A stretch of 64,000 bases of DNA from an uncultured delta proteobacterium (GTDB lineage Bacteria; Desulfobacterota; BSN033; UBA1163): NCBI GenBank assembly GCA_963827685.1, contig CAWHBU010000003.1, positions 704,001 through 768,000 of the forward strand. Reading direction: 5' to 3'. The notes under the pieces are model-generated. The model made no database searches and was not told the origin of the DNA. It was given only the letters and a program-made list of their open reading frames with translations. This document shows positions 49,276 to 59,637 of this stretch, piece by piece (the first letter of the stretch is position 1; every line of letters starts with the position of its first letter). The position numbers and the translations under genes were made by a program.

Positions 49276-50235
49276 ATGAAGAACATATTCTTGATAATAA
49301 TAACACTTCTTTTCCTATTAGGTTGCGCCATTGTCGAGCCTACTACAAAATCTACTTCCTCAACACGGCCAACATACGGACAGATATTGAAAGAAAAGTA
49401 CAAAGGACCTAAGGCAAGAGTGGTTGTAATCAAGTTCGTCGATAAATCGGCCGGGTCAAGAGAGATGAGCCAGGTTGGGGAAGGAATGGCCGAGATGTTA
49501 CGTAATGCCTTGTTGCCCACAAATCGATATATTGTTCAAGTGCGGAAATCCTTAGATGACGTGGTCAGAGGCCAGGATATTGGAAACGGCGGTCGGGCGA
49601 AGAAAGGGAATGAGATTGATCTTCTGATTGATGGGGAGATTAGGGAATTCAAAGCCGGCATCCCAGGGGCCGGAGATGAAACAGGGGGGGCATCCCATGT
49701 TACCATTGTCGTAACGGTGACCGATCCAAGGACCAAACAGATTCTTGCCACCGAAAAAGTGAGAGCAAAGGCGACGGAATTTGGAGGACCTACCGGAAGA
49801 GTCGGCGGTGTCCTGCCAGAAGTATTCAGAGGTTTTTCAAAAACACTGATGGAGAAGGCAATACGTATGGCTATTGAGGAATCGGCGAGTTTAGTAGTCG
49901 CTAAGACACCCCCTGAGTGTTACCGGGTTGTGCCTGTTATGACAGCCTCTAAAACTCCTCCCGTATCTTCAAAAGCCACCCCACCTTCACCACCTTCTCT
50001 TCGTACCGCCGAAGTTTTATGGGACTCTGTGAATCTGCGTGAAGGGCCGGGAAAGGGCTATAAAGTCATAGGCAATGCAAAGAAAGGGACATCTCTGAAA
50101 ATCCTTGAGGTGGATGGAAATTGGTTGCGTGTTCGACTCGAGGACGGGAGTTCGGCATGGGTGAGTAAACTGGCCACTTCCGAGGCGCCCAAACCTTCAC
50201 CTTCTACGACTTCTGTTACACCCACGCCCATGTGA
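49276..50235 (+). CDS. Lipoprotein with CsgG/HfaB-like domain and C-terminal SH3b domain
   Basis: Lipobox LLGC, YKGPKARVVV..F.DK, VNLREGPG..Y.VI....KG...W..V.....WV. Confidence 0.8.
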   Translation: MKNIFLIIITLLFLLGCAIVEPTTKSTSSTRPTYGQILKEKYKGPKARVVVIKFVDKSAGSREMSQVGEGMAEMLRNALLPTNRYIVQVRKSLDDVVRGQDIGNGGRAKKGNEIDLLIDGEIREFKAGIPGAGDETGGASHVTIVVTVTDPRTKQILATEKVRAKATEFGGPTGRVGGVLPEVFRGFSKTLMEKAIRMAIEESASLVVAKTPPECYRVVPVMTASKTPPVSSKATPPSPPSLRTAEVLWDSVNLREGPGKGYKVIGNAKKGTSLKILEVDGNWLRVRLEDGSSAWVSKLATSEAPKPSPSTTSVTPTPM

Positions 50236-50265
50236 TATCAAAAGGCTAATTTCAAAGAGGCATCC

Positions 50266-51807
50266 ATGCTGGTCTGCAAGAGTTGTAACATTGAATATGA
50301 GGAAGGTAAAAAGTTTTGTAAACATTGTGGCGATCCCCTCGTCCCGAAAGTGGAATCCATTTCAACTCAAAAGAAAGTGAATCGGGCTGAGGAGGAGAAT
50401 GCAGATGGAAAACTGATCTGCCCAAATTGTAACATCATTTATGAATTTGGAAGTTCCTGCATCCAATGCGGGTCCCCTCTGGGACGTCAAATCCCCCCTG
50501 AGGCAAAGGAAGAACCTGAGACAGCGTCCGAAGAAAAACCCGCTCCAGTACAAACATCCCGAGAACAAAAGATGGGGGCACCCCGTGCAAAACTCATTTG
50601 TCCTAACTGTAAAATAATCTATGAAAGCGGAAGTTCTTGCATCAAATGTGAGTCAGCCCTGGTTCCTCAAACTCCCTCTCAGGCAAATGAAGAACCTAAA
50701 ATGTCTCCTATCTCTGAAGGTGAGGGAAAACCCTTAAAAATACAAACGATCCAAGAGCAATTAGTCGAGGCACCCCGTAAGAAACTCATCTGCCCCGCTT
50801 GTAAGATTATCTATGAACGCGGAAATTCTTGCGTAAGATGTGGATCAAGTCTTGTTCCGCAAACGCCATCCCAAGAAAAGGAAAAACCTAAGTCATCCGA
50901 TACCGAAGTGAGTCTTTCGGCTCTTGATCTGGACGTTGGAACTGGCCCGGCCCAGGAAGGGGTTGACTTTGAGTGGCCCTCTCTTACCAGTCCGAAGAGG
51001 CGGGACTCGGGTGCCGTCGAAAAGGGGAAAAAGAAAGAGCTCGAGGTGTTCCCAACAATGGAGGTTGAAGAAGACTTCTTCAAAACCCAGACCTCAAAAC
51101 AACAACCCCCTAAAACATCGGCTGATGATTCGGGGAGGAAGTTAAGCCTTTCGACCAAACCCAAGAAAGACTATCGCCGCTTGTTTTTGGAAGTAGGTGG
51201 CATCACGATCATGGCTCTGGCGGGAGGGTATTTCCTATGGTCAGTCTATTCCCATTTAATAAGGAAAGAGCCCGATCCGAAAACACTCATTTCTAAAGAT
51301 GCAGTCACCCAGATCCTTCCCGCTTCTTCTGCCAATCCTGCTACCACTGGGACGGAGTCAGGAGGATTCAGAAGCGGGGAGGAAAGTTCGACAATTTCTA
51401 AAGAGGCGCCCCCTTCTCCCCTTCCTTTCCCGGATGCTTCCAAAACACCTTCTATAGAGATCCGAGAGATACAAAATATTAAAACCCTCCTCGAGAATAT
51501 CCGGCAGGCAAATTTACAGAAGGATATTGACCTTTTCATATCCTGCTATGCTGCTGATTTCAAAGACCGAGAAGGGAAAAGGAGGGCAACACTTGCCTAT
51601 TGGAAAAGATTTGATTACGTCGACCTGTCGTATGATTTGAAGAATTCTTCAATATCAGGGGATACGGCCAAGATAAAAGTTGAATGGGTGATCAAAGTTT
51701 CTCAAAAGACTGGTAAGCAGCCACAGAAAAGTAAAACCAATCTGGATGTCAAACTGAAGAAAGAAGAAGGCGGGTGGAAGATAGAAGAAGTGAAACAGGC
51801 AGGTTAA
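50266..51807 (+). CDS. Membrane protein with four double-zinc-ribbon repeats, one TM and an NTF2-like C-terminus
   Basis: KLICPxCxIIYExGxSCxxCxSxL three times plus an N-terminal copy; TM near GGITIMALAGGYFLW; ends WKIEEV. Confidence 0.75.
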   Translation: MLVCKSCNIEYEEGKKFCKHCGDPLVPKVESISTQKKVNRAEEENADGKLICPNCNIIYEFGSSCIQCGSPLGRQIPPEAKEEPETASEEKPAPVQTSREQKMGAPRAKLICPNCKIIYESGSSCIKCESALVPQTPSQANEEPKMSPISEGEGKPLKIQTIQEQLVEAPRKKLICPACKIIYERGNSCVRCGSSLVPQTPSQEKEKPKSSDTEVSLSALDLDVGTGPAQEGVDFEWPSLTSPKRRDSGAVEKGKKKELEVFPTMEVEEDFFKTQTSKQQPPKTSADDSGRKLSLSTKPKKDYRRLFLEVGGITIMALAGGYFLWSVYSHLIRKEPDPKTLISKDAVTQILPASSANPATTGTESGGFRSGEESSTISKEAPPSPLPFPDASKTPSIEIREIQNIKTLLENIRQANLQKDIDLFISCYAADFKDREGKRRATLAYWKRFDYVDLSYDLKNSSISGDTAKIKVEWVIKVSQKTGKQPQKSKTNLDVKLKKEEGGWKIEEVKQAG

Positions 51808-52086
51808 GTTTCCAGCTATTGATTGCCCCCTTTTCCCCGATCCTCCGCAAACCCTTCAGATTGAATCTTTCCTGAATCATCGAACTCTGCATTATACCGT
51901 TACGACAAAGAAATGCACGGTGGTATATCAACGTGTAAAAGGTTCTTCAGGCAAATTGGAAATAGCCATTGGATGGGTTAGAATTTATTCAATGGATTCA
52001 AGGAGTCCAGGGTTCATGTGGCCAAGTGAAGTTTCACCGAACCCTTGAACCCCTGAACCTTCGAAATCCTATCAGTGAGGTCTCAA

Positions 52087-53707
52087 TGGGCTGTTGCTCA
52101 AAAGCCCAATTCAAAAATATCTGACAGTTTGAGTTTCCATGAATGATAGCCGAGGGTAAGTAAAACCAAATAGCACCATTCGGCCAATTTTTGAGTTCAT
52201 TAGCTCCTTAAAATCTGAAAAGGACCTTATCTCCCTTGTCACAGCCCCTTTGATCTGCTCCATCATCACCGATGGACTTCTCTTTAGGTAAGATCCGTAC
52301 CTAAGCAAAACCTCAATGTTCTGGACAGCAGAGATCAGGTATTCCTGTATCTGCACCCGCCAAAGCCCTCTCCATCGTGCCCGGTCATATCCATACCGCG
52401 TCCCTCTGGCATAGGAACGCTCCATCAAATGCTGCCTCACTTTGATATCCCGCTTCGCTTTGGCCGATCGACTCGCTTCTCGCATCCTGTCTAGATCTTC
52501 CTGCCTCAGATGTCGCTTAATTGTCCGACCTGATCTGTTTCTAGTACACTGCTCTCTTAAGTCACATGCTGCACAAATCTTCTTGGGTGCAGCGTAATCT
52601 CTACTTTGCCGACTCATATGTAATGATCTAGGCTTCAACCGATGCCCAGCTGGACAACGATAGGTGTCACTCTCCCGATCATACTCAAACCGCTCTTCCC
52701 CAAAGATATTCTGCTTTTCTGTACGCTTCAATGAAATTTCCCTCAAGTCCGGCATGTGGGCCTCTACTCCTCTATCATGACAGGCCAAAAAGTTCTCGAT
52801 CGTCCCGTATTTGCTGTCGGCCACCACCGTATCCGCATTGATCCCTGTATTTAAACGGTGGCTCTCTATCAGAGGAATCATCTCATGCGCTTCATTGACA
52901 TCTCCTGTTGTCGTCTCGATCGCCGTGATCACTTCACTCCGCTCATCCACGGCCCGATGTACCTGATAGGAGAGTTTGGGCTTGCCACGATTCACAATCG
53001 ATGCATCCGGATCGGTCGTTGAAATGTATCGGCTGTTCTCTTTAACGTATCTCCTGGAGGAATCCGTGCTCTCGCTCTTTTCCTCTAATCGTGCTTCCAG
53101 CTTCTTGTAGCCCTCCTGGAGTTGAACCTTCAACGATCGCGTGTCGATCACGGAGTTGTTCGATGCATCCGCATCCACCAGGCTCGAATCCACAAAGATC
53201 TTTCTGCCGTCCACTAACCCCGCCTCCACACATTGCCACACCATTCGCTCAAAGAACCCCCTAAACGCTTCCACTCCCCACCGCGCCCTGGCTTTACTCA
53301 AAACACTGTGATCCGGCACCTCACTGTCTATGTCGTACCCTAAAAACCATAGCCAGTCTAAACGCATGGGGATCGTTTCCATTAACTCTCGTTCCGATCG
53401 AACATTGTAAAGAACTAACAGCAACATCATCTTCAGGATTACAGGAGGGGGAATGGACACATTCCCGTTGCCCCCATAGGTGTCTCTGACCTCTGCATAG
53501 ATGAAGTTAAAGTCAATCTGCTCTTGAATCCTTCTCAGAAGGTGTGTCCGGGGAATCCTTTATTCCAGGTTCATATGATGATAGAAGATCTTCGGCTGAA
53601 TTCCTGTCTGTTGTCCCATCATGGCAATATCTCCATTCCAGATTTGTGCTGCCATGCTTATAGCTCGAATGTATAATCGTTGCAAGTATCATTTGGGCAA
53701 CAGCCCG
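52087..53707 (-). mobile_element. IS1182 family insertion sequence
   Basis: TIRs GGGCTGTTGCTCAAA (52088) and TTTGGGCAACAGCCC (53692-53706); flanking TCAA duplication. Confidence 0.9.
52111..53622 (-). pseudogene. IS1182 transposase with a nonsense codon at position 21
   Basis: MMGQQ...MNLE*RIPRTHLLRRI...SIPP; VPDHS.LS, VDSS, TDPDA, VADSKYG, CPAG. Confidence 0.88.
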
Positions 53708-53710
53708 TCA

Positions 53711-54361
53711 ATGGGCCACCTCATAAGAAGATGGATTAAAATGCCCCTTACCCGTAGGGGTTTTTTCGGAGCAATCGGTTTAGGTTTATACCACGTTACA
53801 TCCAAAACGGCGGGCTGGGCGAAGGTTACATATCTTCAGGTCAAAGAATTTCTCATCCGTTCCGTTGAAGGAACTCAGCGCGTCGATCTCAAGACATGGC
53901 GCCTCAAGATCGAGGGATTAGTTGAAAAGCCCATCGCTCTCAGTTTCGGCGAAATCCAGGCTCTTCCCAGGAAAATTCAAGTGAAACATTTCATCTGTGT
54001 CGAAGGCTGGAGACTGGATAACCAAAAATGGGAAGGAGTTCACCTCAAGGAGATTTTCTCAAAGGTAAAGATCAGCCCAAAAGCGAAATATGTCACTTTC
54101 CATGCAACGGGGGGGAAATATCAAGACAGCCTATCCCTGCAAGAGGCTCTTGAACCCGAGACGATGCTTGCCTATAGAGTGAACGACAAAAACTTACTTC
54201 CAGAAAATGGTTTCCCTCTTCGACTGATCATCCCACGTATGTACGCTTACAAAGGTGTCAAATGGGTGGAGCGAATCGTCTTGACCGAAAAAGAAGAGAC
54301 GGGATATTGGGAAAAGTTTGGTTATCCCGCAGACGGCTCCGTCCCGGGTCTGAAAGCTTAG
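53711..54361 (+). CDS. Sulfite oxidase-family molybdopterin oxidoreductase (MsrP/YedY-like) with Tat-like signal
   Basis: LTRRGFF, W.L.IEGLV, FICVEGW, GFPLRL, YAYKGVKW, GYWE..GY. Confidence 0.88.
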   Translation: MGHLIRRWIKMPLTRRGFFGAIGLGLYHVTSKTAGWAKVTYLQVKEFLIRSVEGTQRVDLKTWRLKIEGLVEKPIALSFGEIQALPRKIQVKHFICVEGWRLDNQKWEGVHLKEIFSKVKISPKAKYVTFHATGGKYQDSLSLQEALEPETMLAYRVNDKNLLPENGFPLRLIIPRMYAYKGVKWVERIVLTEKEETGYWEKFGYPADGSVPGLKA

Positions 54362-55065
54362 AGATATTTTTTAAACCAACCCACACTGAGTTCCATGGCT
54401 CGTTGACGATGAACCGGATCTGTCAATCGATGATCTGCACCTCCGATTATATGAATCTCTTTGGGGACACTCAAATTGTAAAAGATTCCCAGGGCTTGAT
54501 CCAAAGGAACAAACTCATCTTCCTCTCCATGAATAACGAGACATTGAGAGACCTTATTCAATAAAGGGACTAACCGGTGTTTTGGAAGATCCTCAAAAAA
54601 GGCCTCTGGAGGGAGAGGATGATCTTCCTCCTGCTTTTTCGATCCGAGATCATCTAAGTGAAGGGGCGTCGCCCAGATCACGACAGGTCTAATCTCTTTA
54701 TCCTCCGAGGCTTTGATCAAGGAAAGAAAGCCTCCAAGGCTCGAACCGATTAACCCAATCCGATTTCCCAGACCGGGATAAGATCTCATAAAATCAACCC
54801 CCGCATTCAGGTCGGAGAGCTTTTTGCTGATCGTATTGTCTTCCTCACTCCCTTCGCTTTCTCCGATTCCCCTAAAATCGAACCGAAGCATGGCCATTCC
54901 CTCCTCTGACATCCGCTCCCCAAGAGCAATATACTTTTCACTATCCTTACTGGAGAGGAGGCCGTGAGAGGCAATCACGCAAGGTGGGTTCTTTTCGTCA
55001 GGAAGATGAAGAATTCCTGAAATCTTCATACCCTCACTCATAAAAGAAACTCTCTCCATTTTCAT
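54358..55065 (-). CDS. Alpha/beta hydrolase
   Basis: HG, RFDFRG.GESEG, GSSLGG, IHGEED, GADH. Confidence 0.9.
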   Translation of the reverse strand: MKMERVSFMSEGMKISGILHLPDEKNPPCVIASHGLLSSKDSEKYIALGERMSEEGMAMLRFDFRGIGESEGSEEDNTISKKLSDLNAGVDFMRSYPGLGNRIGLIGSSLGGFLSLIKASEDKEIRPVVIWATPLHLDDLGSKKQEEDHPLPPEAFFEDLPKHRLVPLLNKVSQCLVIHGEEDEFVPLDQALGIFYNLSVPKEIHIIGGADHRLTDPVHRQRAMELSVGWFKKYL

Positions 55066-55232
55066 TCTGGAATTTCCCTCTTATCGTGACCGTGCCTGCA
55101 CGCCGAAGTGCCTGCGTTACGGCACGCAGGCGTGTCCCTGCCACGTGTCCGTTAAAAATCTCGTGATCAAAAACATTATCGTATCTTTGAGCTTTCAGCC
55201 TTCTGCTGACTGCCTACTGCTTTCTTATCACT

Positions 55233-56942
55233 TTATGTTTTAATTCCTGCTTCTTTCATTGCTTTCAAATACTCTCCCTTCAATTGTTCTTTCGAGATAC
55301 CATGGTCAATGAAATCCCAAGGAAAGATTTCATCCAAATCCCTTTTTCGATAGACGTAGAAGTCAGCGTTGATGCTGGTCTCTCGAACGGCCTGCCTCCA
55401 ATTTCCCTGATACCGATGGGTTGCCATCAATATCTTCCCCACCCTCCGATCTCCTTTTGAGAGCAGAGCCTGAACATAAGCCCATTTGGGAAGGTCGTGG
55501 ATCATCTCCATTCCTTTTTCACCTTGAACTCCCCTTTGAATCATCTTTAACTTCTTCTTTAAGTCCCCGACTTCTTCCAAGGGCACCCACTGAAAGGGCG
55601 TAGCTGGTTTTGGAATAAAGGGGTTGACGCTCAGAATTAACCTCCATCTTTTCTCCCGGTGCTTTTGATTCGAGAGAATCTGATGCCGAATCCGTTTGGC
55701 GAGGAGGAGAATTTCTCTAATATCCTCATCGGTCTCAGAGGGAAGGCCAATTAAAAAATAGCACTTGATGCGGGAGAGACCGTTCTCAACCAACGTATCA
55801 ATGGATCTTAAAATCTCATCTTCACGATAACCCTTCTTCAACATCTTTCGGAGTCTTTCTGAACCTGCCTCAGGGGCAATGGCTACGGTGCGATCCTCTC
55901 CCTCTCTCAGACACTGAATCAGGGGTGGCGTGACGGCATCTACTCTCAAGGAGGATAAAGAAATCCCTCCTTGCTGAGAGAGGATACTCTGGCACAATGG
56001 GAGGAGTTTGGGATGGTCGGAGACCGCAGTCCCGGTCAAACCAATCCGATGCTCTTTTAAAAGGGCTTCCTTTGAAATCGATTCCAGAAAGGAAAGGCTT
56101 CGGTTTCGAAAAGGATGGTAAACAAAACAAGCTGCACAGAAACGACAACCCCTGGGGCAACCCCGGTTTACCTCTACCAAAGCCATCTCTTTAAACTCCG
56201 TGTCCGGAGTGAAAAGAGTAGATTGCGTTGGGAATTGATCGAGCTTAGGGACCCATCTCCGTTTGATCTTTCTGGGAAATCCCGGCTCGGGATCCATCGC
56301 CTCTATCTTTCCATTTTCAGCATAACTCACTCGATAAAACTTTGGAATGTAAACCCCTTCCAGCCCAGCCAGATTCTTCAAAAGATCGTCCTTCTCTCTT
56401 TTCCTTTTATCTGAAAGGGTTTGACGACAAACCTCTAAGAATTCTCCCATCACCTCTTCCGCCTCTCCGAGAATAAAGAGGTCAAAGAATTCACTGATGG
56501 ATTCCGGATTTAAAAAAACGGCGACCCCTCCAGCTATCACCCACGGATATCTTCCATTACGAAGACGGCTCTCTAAGGGAATATGCGCTAGTTCCAGAAG
56601 CGTGAGGACATTGAGAAAATCGTTCTCGAAAGAGATAGAGAAGGCTAAGATATCGAAGCTGGAGAGAGGTTTTTGGGATTCTAACGAGAAAAGAGGGGTT
56701 TGGGTATTGCGATATTCTTGGAGATCTTCTGAGTCAGGAAGGAAGGCTCTTTCACAGACCACATCGTCATCAGCGTTTAAAATCTGATAAAGGGTCTGAA
56801 ATCCAAGGTTGGACATCCCCACATGGTAAGCGTTGGGATAGAGAAGACAAATCGTAATTTTCCCGCCCCATGGTTTTCGGACAGTTCCTTTCTCTTTTTC
56901 AAGCACACCCTTAGCCTTCTGAACAAGTTTCCAGGAAGTCAT
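55233..56942 (-). CDS. B12-binding-domain radical SAM protein
   Basis: YPNAY.VGMSNLG, EVNRGCPRGCRFC, APEAGSERLR, FIPKPATPFQW. Confidence 0.9.
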   Translation of the reverse strand: MTSWKLVQKAKGVLEKEKGTVRKPWGGKITICLLYPNAYHVGMSNLGFQTLYQILNADDDVVCERAFLPDSEDLQEYRNTQTPLFSLESQKPLSSFDILAFSISFENDFLNVLTLLELAHIPLESRLRNGRYPWVIAGGVAVFLNPESISEFFDLFILGEAEEVMGEFLEVCRQTLSDKRKREKDDLLKNLAGLEGVYIPKFYRVSYAENGKIEAMDPEPGFPRKIKRRWVPKLDQFPTQSTLFTPDTEFKEMALVEVNRGCPRGCRFCAACFVYHPFRNRSLSFLESISKEALLKEHRIGLTGTAVSDHPKLLPLCQSILSQQGGISLSSLRVDAVTPPLIQCLREGEDRTVAIAPEAGSERLRKMLKKGYREDEILRSIDTLVENGLSRIKCYFLIGLPSETDEDIREILLLAKRIRHQILSNQKHREKRWRLILSVNPFIPKPATPFQWVPLEEVGDLKKKLKMIQRGVQGEKGMEMIHDLPKWAYVQALLSKGDRRVGKILMATHRYQGNWRQAVRETSINADFYVYRKRDLDEIFPWDFIDHGISKEQLKGEYLKAMKEAGIKT

Positions 56943-57063
56943 TTGTTAGTGATTCGTGTTTCGTGCTCGTGATTCGTTAAAAAACATTTTACCACAAAGA
57001 AGAAAACTTAACCAATCATTGGTTTTCCATCACGAATCACGAGTCATCCTTCACTGTCACTGA

Positions 57064-58269
57064 TCAGTCGGCCTGTTTTCTTAAAAAAGTTGGGATATCA
57101 AAACGATCCTCATCCTCAACAGAGAAATCCGACGGTGGATCCAATTTTAGTTCATCGAACCGCTCGCTCGTCTTCCCCCTTCTCATAAAAGCAGGGATGT
57201 CCCTGTTATTCTCTTTGTTGCCAAAAGAGAAGTGTGGAAAATCTTTATTCTGCTCTCGGAGGCCAAATGAGATAGGAGCCATTTTCTTAAACTGAGATGT
57301 TCTCTTATCCTCTTTCTTTCCGAAACCGGTAGCAATCACGGTTACCCGAATCTCTTCCTTCATGGTTTTGTCGACCACCATCCCCCAGATCACATTGGCA
57401 TCTTCATGGGCTTCCTTCTGAATCAGAGTGGTTGCCTCATTGATTTCGCTGAGGGTCATATTCTCGCCCCCGGTGATGTTGATGAGAAGCCCCCGGGCTC
57501 CTTCAATCGTAATATCTTCCAAGAGAGGGCTGGAAATCGCTCTTTGGGCAGCTTCCACGGATCGATTCTCACCCATAGCAATTCCTGTTCCCATCAATGC
57601 CATTCCCGTCTCAGACATGACGGTGCGGACATCGGCAAAGTCCAGATTGATGATTCCATGGCCAACGATGATATCTGAGATCCCTTTGGCAGCATGATAG
57701 AGAACTTCGTCTGCTTTCTTGAAGGCCTCCAGCAGAGTCATGCTCTTCCCGCTGACACTAAGGAGACGCTGGTTCGGGATCGTGATGAGGGCATCCGCTG
57801 TCATCTTGAGATTGGCCAACCCTTCCTCTGCCTGTTTCATCCTCTTCTTTCCTTCGAAGTAGAAGGGTTTGGTCACAATCGCTACGGTCAGGGCACCTAT
57901 TTCACGGGCCACTTCTGCAATCACCGGCGCCCCGCCCGTACCCGTCCCGCCGCCTAACCCGGCTGTGATGAAGACCATGTCTGACCCTTTTAGAGCTTCG
58001 CGAATCTTCTCGATATCCTCGAGGGCAGCCTTCCTCCCTATCTCTGGATTGGCTCCGGCTCCCAAGCCCTTGGTCAAATTTTCGCCCAATTGCAATTTGA
58101 TGGGAGCCATATTTGCCGCCATCGCCTGGGCATCGGTATTGGCGGCGATGAACTCGACCCCGGAGAGTTGATAAGAAATCATGGTATTCAGGGCATTATT
58201 TCCTCCTCCTCCAATTCCGATGATCTTGACCTTGGCAGCCAAATTCTTATTTTCGTCGAATTCGATCAT
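57064..58269 (-). CDS. ftsZ: Cell division protein FtsZ
   Basis: GGGGNNA, GLGAG, GGGTGTG, NLDFADV, C-terminal DIPTFLRKQAD. Confidence 0.99.
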   Translation of the reverse strand: MIEFDENKNLAAKVKIIGIGGGGNNALNTMISYQLSGVEFIAANTDAQAMAANMAPIKLQLGENLTKGLGAGANPEIGRKAALEDIEKIREALKGSDMVFITAGLGGGTGTGGAPVIAEVAREIGALTVAIVTKPFYFEGKKRMKQAEEGLANLKMTADALITIPNQRLLSVSGKSMTLLEAFKKADEVLYHAAKGISDIIVGHGIINLDFADVRTVMSETGMALMGTGIAMGENRSVEAAQRAISSPLLEDITIEGARGLLINITGGENMTLSEINEATTLIQKEAHEDANVIWGMVVDKTMKEEIRVTVIATGFGKKEDKRTSQFKKMAPISFGLREQNKDFPHFSFGNKENNRDIPAFMRRGKTSERFDELKLDPPSDFSVEDEDRFDIPTFLRKQAD

Positions 58270-58393
58270 ATCCTCCCTCCTCTCATAAAATTGGAATGAT
58301 GGAAGAATGAAATGATGGAATATTGGGTTTCAGTCACACGGGAGTAATAATATTTTACCCATTATTCCATTTTTCCAATATTCCAGTCTTCCA

Positions 58394-59620
58394 TTAAAAG
58401 AATTCTTCAATCCATTCCCTCATCCGGTGGGTGACCTTGCTGAAGATGTTCCCCTCACCCACCTTAAACCGACTCTGTCCTTTTTTTCGACTTCCATAGA
58501 GAACCAGACCCACCCCGGTCGCATACATTGGACTCGCGACCAGATCCACTAATCCTCCGATACCGATGGGGGCCCCTCTGCGAACGGGCAGATTAAAGAT
58601 CTGTTCAGTCAACTCAGGAACGCCCTCCAGAATGGCGCTCCCGCCCGTCAGGACAATCCCGGAGGCAAGCAGATTAGCAAAGCCTGTCTTCACCAGTTCA
58701 TTATGAACTAAGGAGAGAATCTCCTCGACCCTAGGTTCGATGATCTCTGCCAGAGTCTGCCTGGAAAGGACGCGAGGTTTCCTGCCCCCGACGCTGGGGA
58801 CTTCAATGGTTTCGTCCTTCCGAACCAAAGAAGTCAGGGCGCATCCATATTTAATTTTGATCTTTTCCGCTTCCTCCACCGGCGTCCGTAGTCCCATCGA
58901 GATATCGCTCGTGATATGGCTTCCTGCTAATGAAAAAATCGATGTATGTTTGATCGCACCATTTGAAAAGATGACCAGATCAGTGGTTCCGCCTCCGATG
59001 TCGATGATGGCCACTCCCAGGTCTTTCTCCTCAGGTGTCAGGACCGCTTCGCTCGAGCCCAACTGTTCTAAAACAATGTCGTCCACATCCAGCCCTGCCT
59101 TGTTGGCGCATTTAATGATGTTTTGGGCAGAGGTAATGGCGCCGGTGACAATATGAACCCTTCCCTCCAGTCTCACCCCCGACATCCCGACAGGGTCTTT
59201 GATCCCGTCCTGATCATCCACGATGAATTCCTGGGGAATGATGTGAATCACCTCTCGATCCATCGGCATGGCGACGGCGCTTGCAGCATTGATCACCCGT
59301 TTCACATCATTCGGACCGATCTCTCTGTTTTTGACAGCGATCACACCATGACTGTTAATGCCTCTGATATGCCCTCCTGCGATTCCGGCATAGACAGAGG
59401 TGAGGTGATAGCCTGCCATTAACTCCGCTTCTTCAACCGCCTTCTTGATCGAATGAACGGTGCTCTCGATATTGATGACCACCCCTTTTCGTAATCCCTT
59501 CGATGAAAAAGTTCCAAGGCCGATGATGTTGACCTGACCCTCAGAAATTTCTCCGACCACGGTGCAGATCTTTGTCGTCCCGATGTCCAACCCGACTACC
59601 AACGAATCCTTCTTCCCCAC
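58394..59620 (-). CDS. ftsA: Cell division protein FtsA
   Basis: GLDIGTTK, DIGGGTTD, VLTGG, C-terminal amphipathic helix. Confidence 0.98.
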   Translation of the reverse strand: MGKKDSLVVGLDIGTTKICTVVGEISEGQVNIIGLGTFSSKGLRKGVVINIESTVHSIKKAVEEAELMAGYHLTSVYAGIAGGHIRGINSHGVIAVKNREIGPNDVKRVINAASAVAMPMDREVIHIIPQEFIVDDQDGIKDPVGMSGVRLEGRVHIVTGAITSAQNIIKCANKAGLDVDDIVLEQLGSSEAVLTPEEKDLGVAIIDIGGGTTDLVIFSNGAIKHTSIFSLAGSHITSDISMGLRTPVEEAEKIKIKYGCALTSLVRKDETIEVPSVGGRKPRVLSRQTLAEIIEPRVEEILSLVHNELVKTGFANLLASGIVLTGGSAILEGVPELTEQIFNLPVRRGAPIGIGGLVDLVASPMYATGVGLVLYGSRKKGQSRFKVGEGNIFSKVTHRMREWIEEFF

Positions 59621-59637
59621 CTTTTCATCACCTCCTT

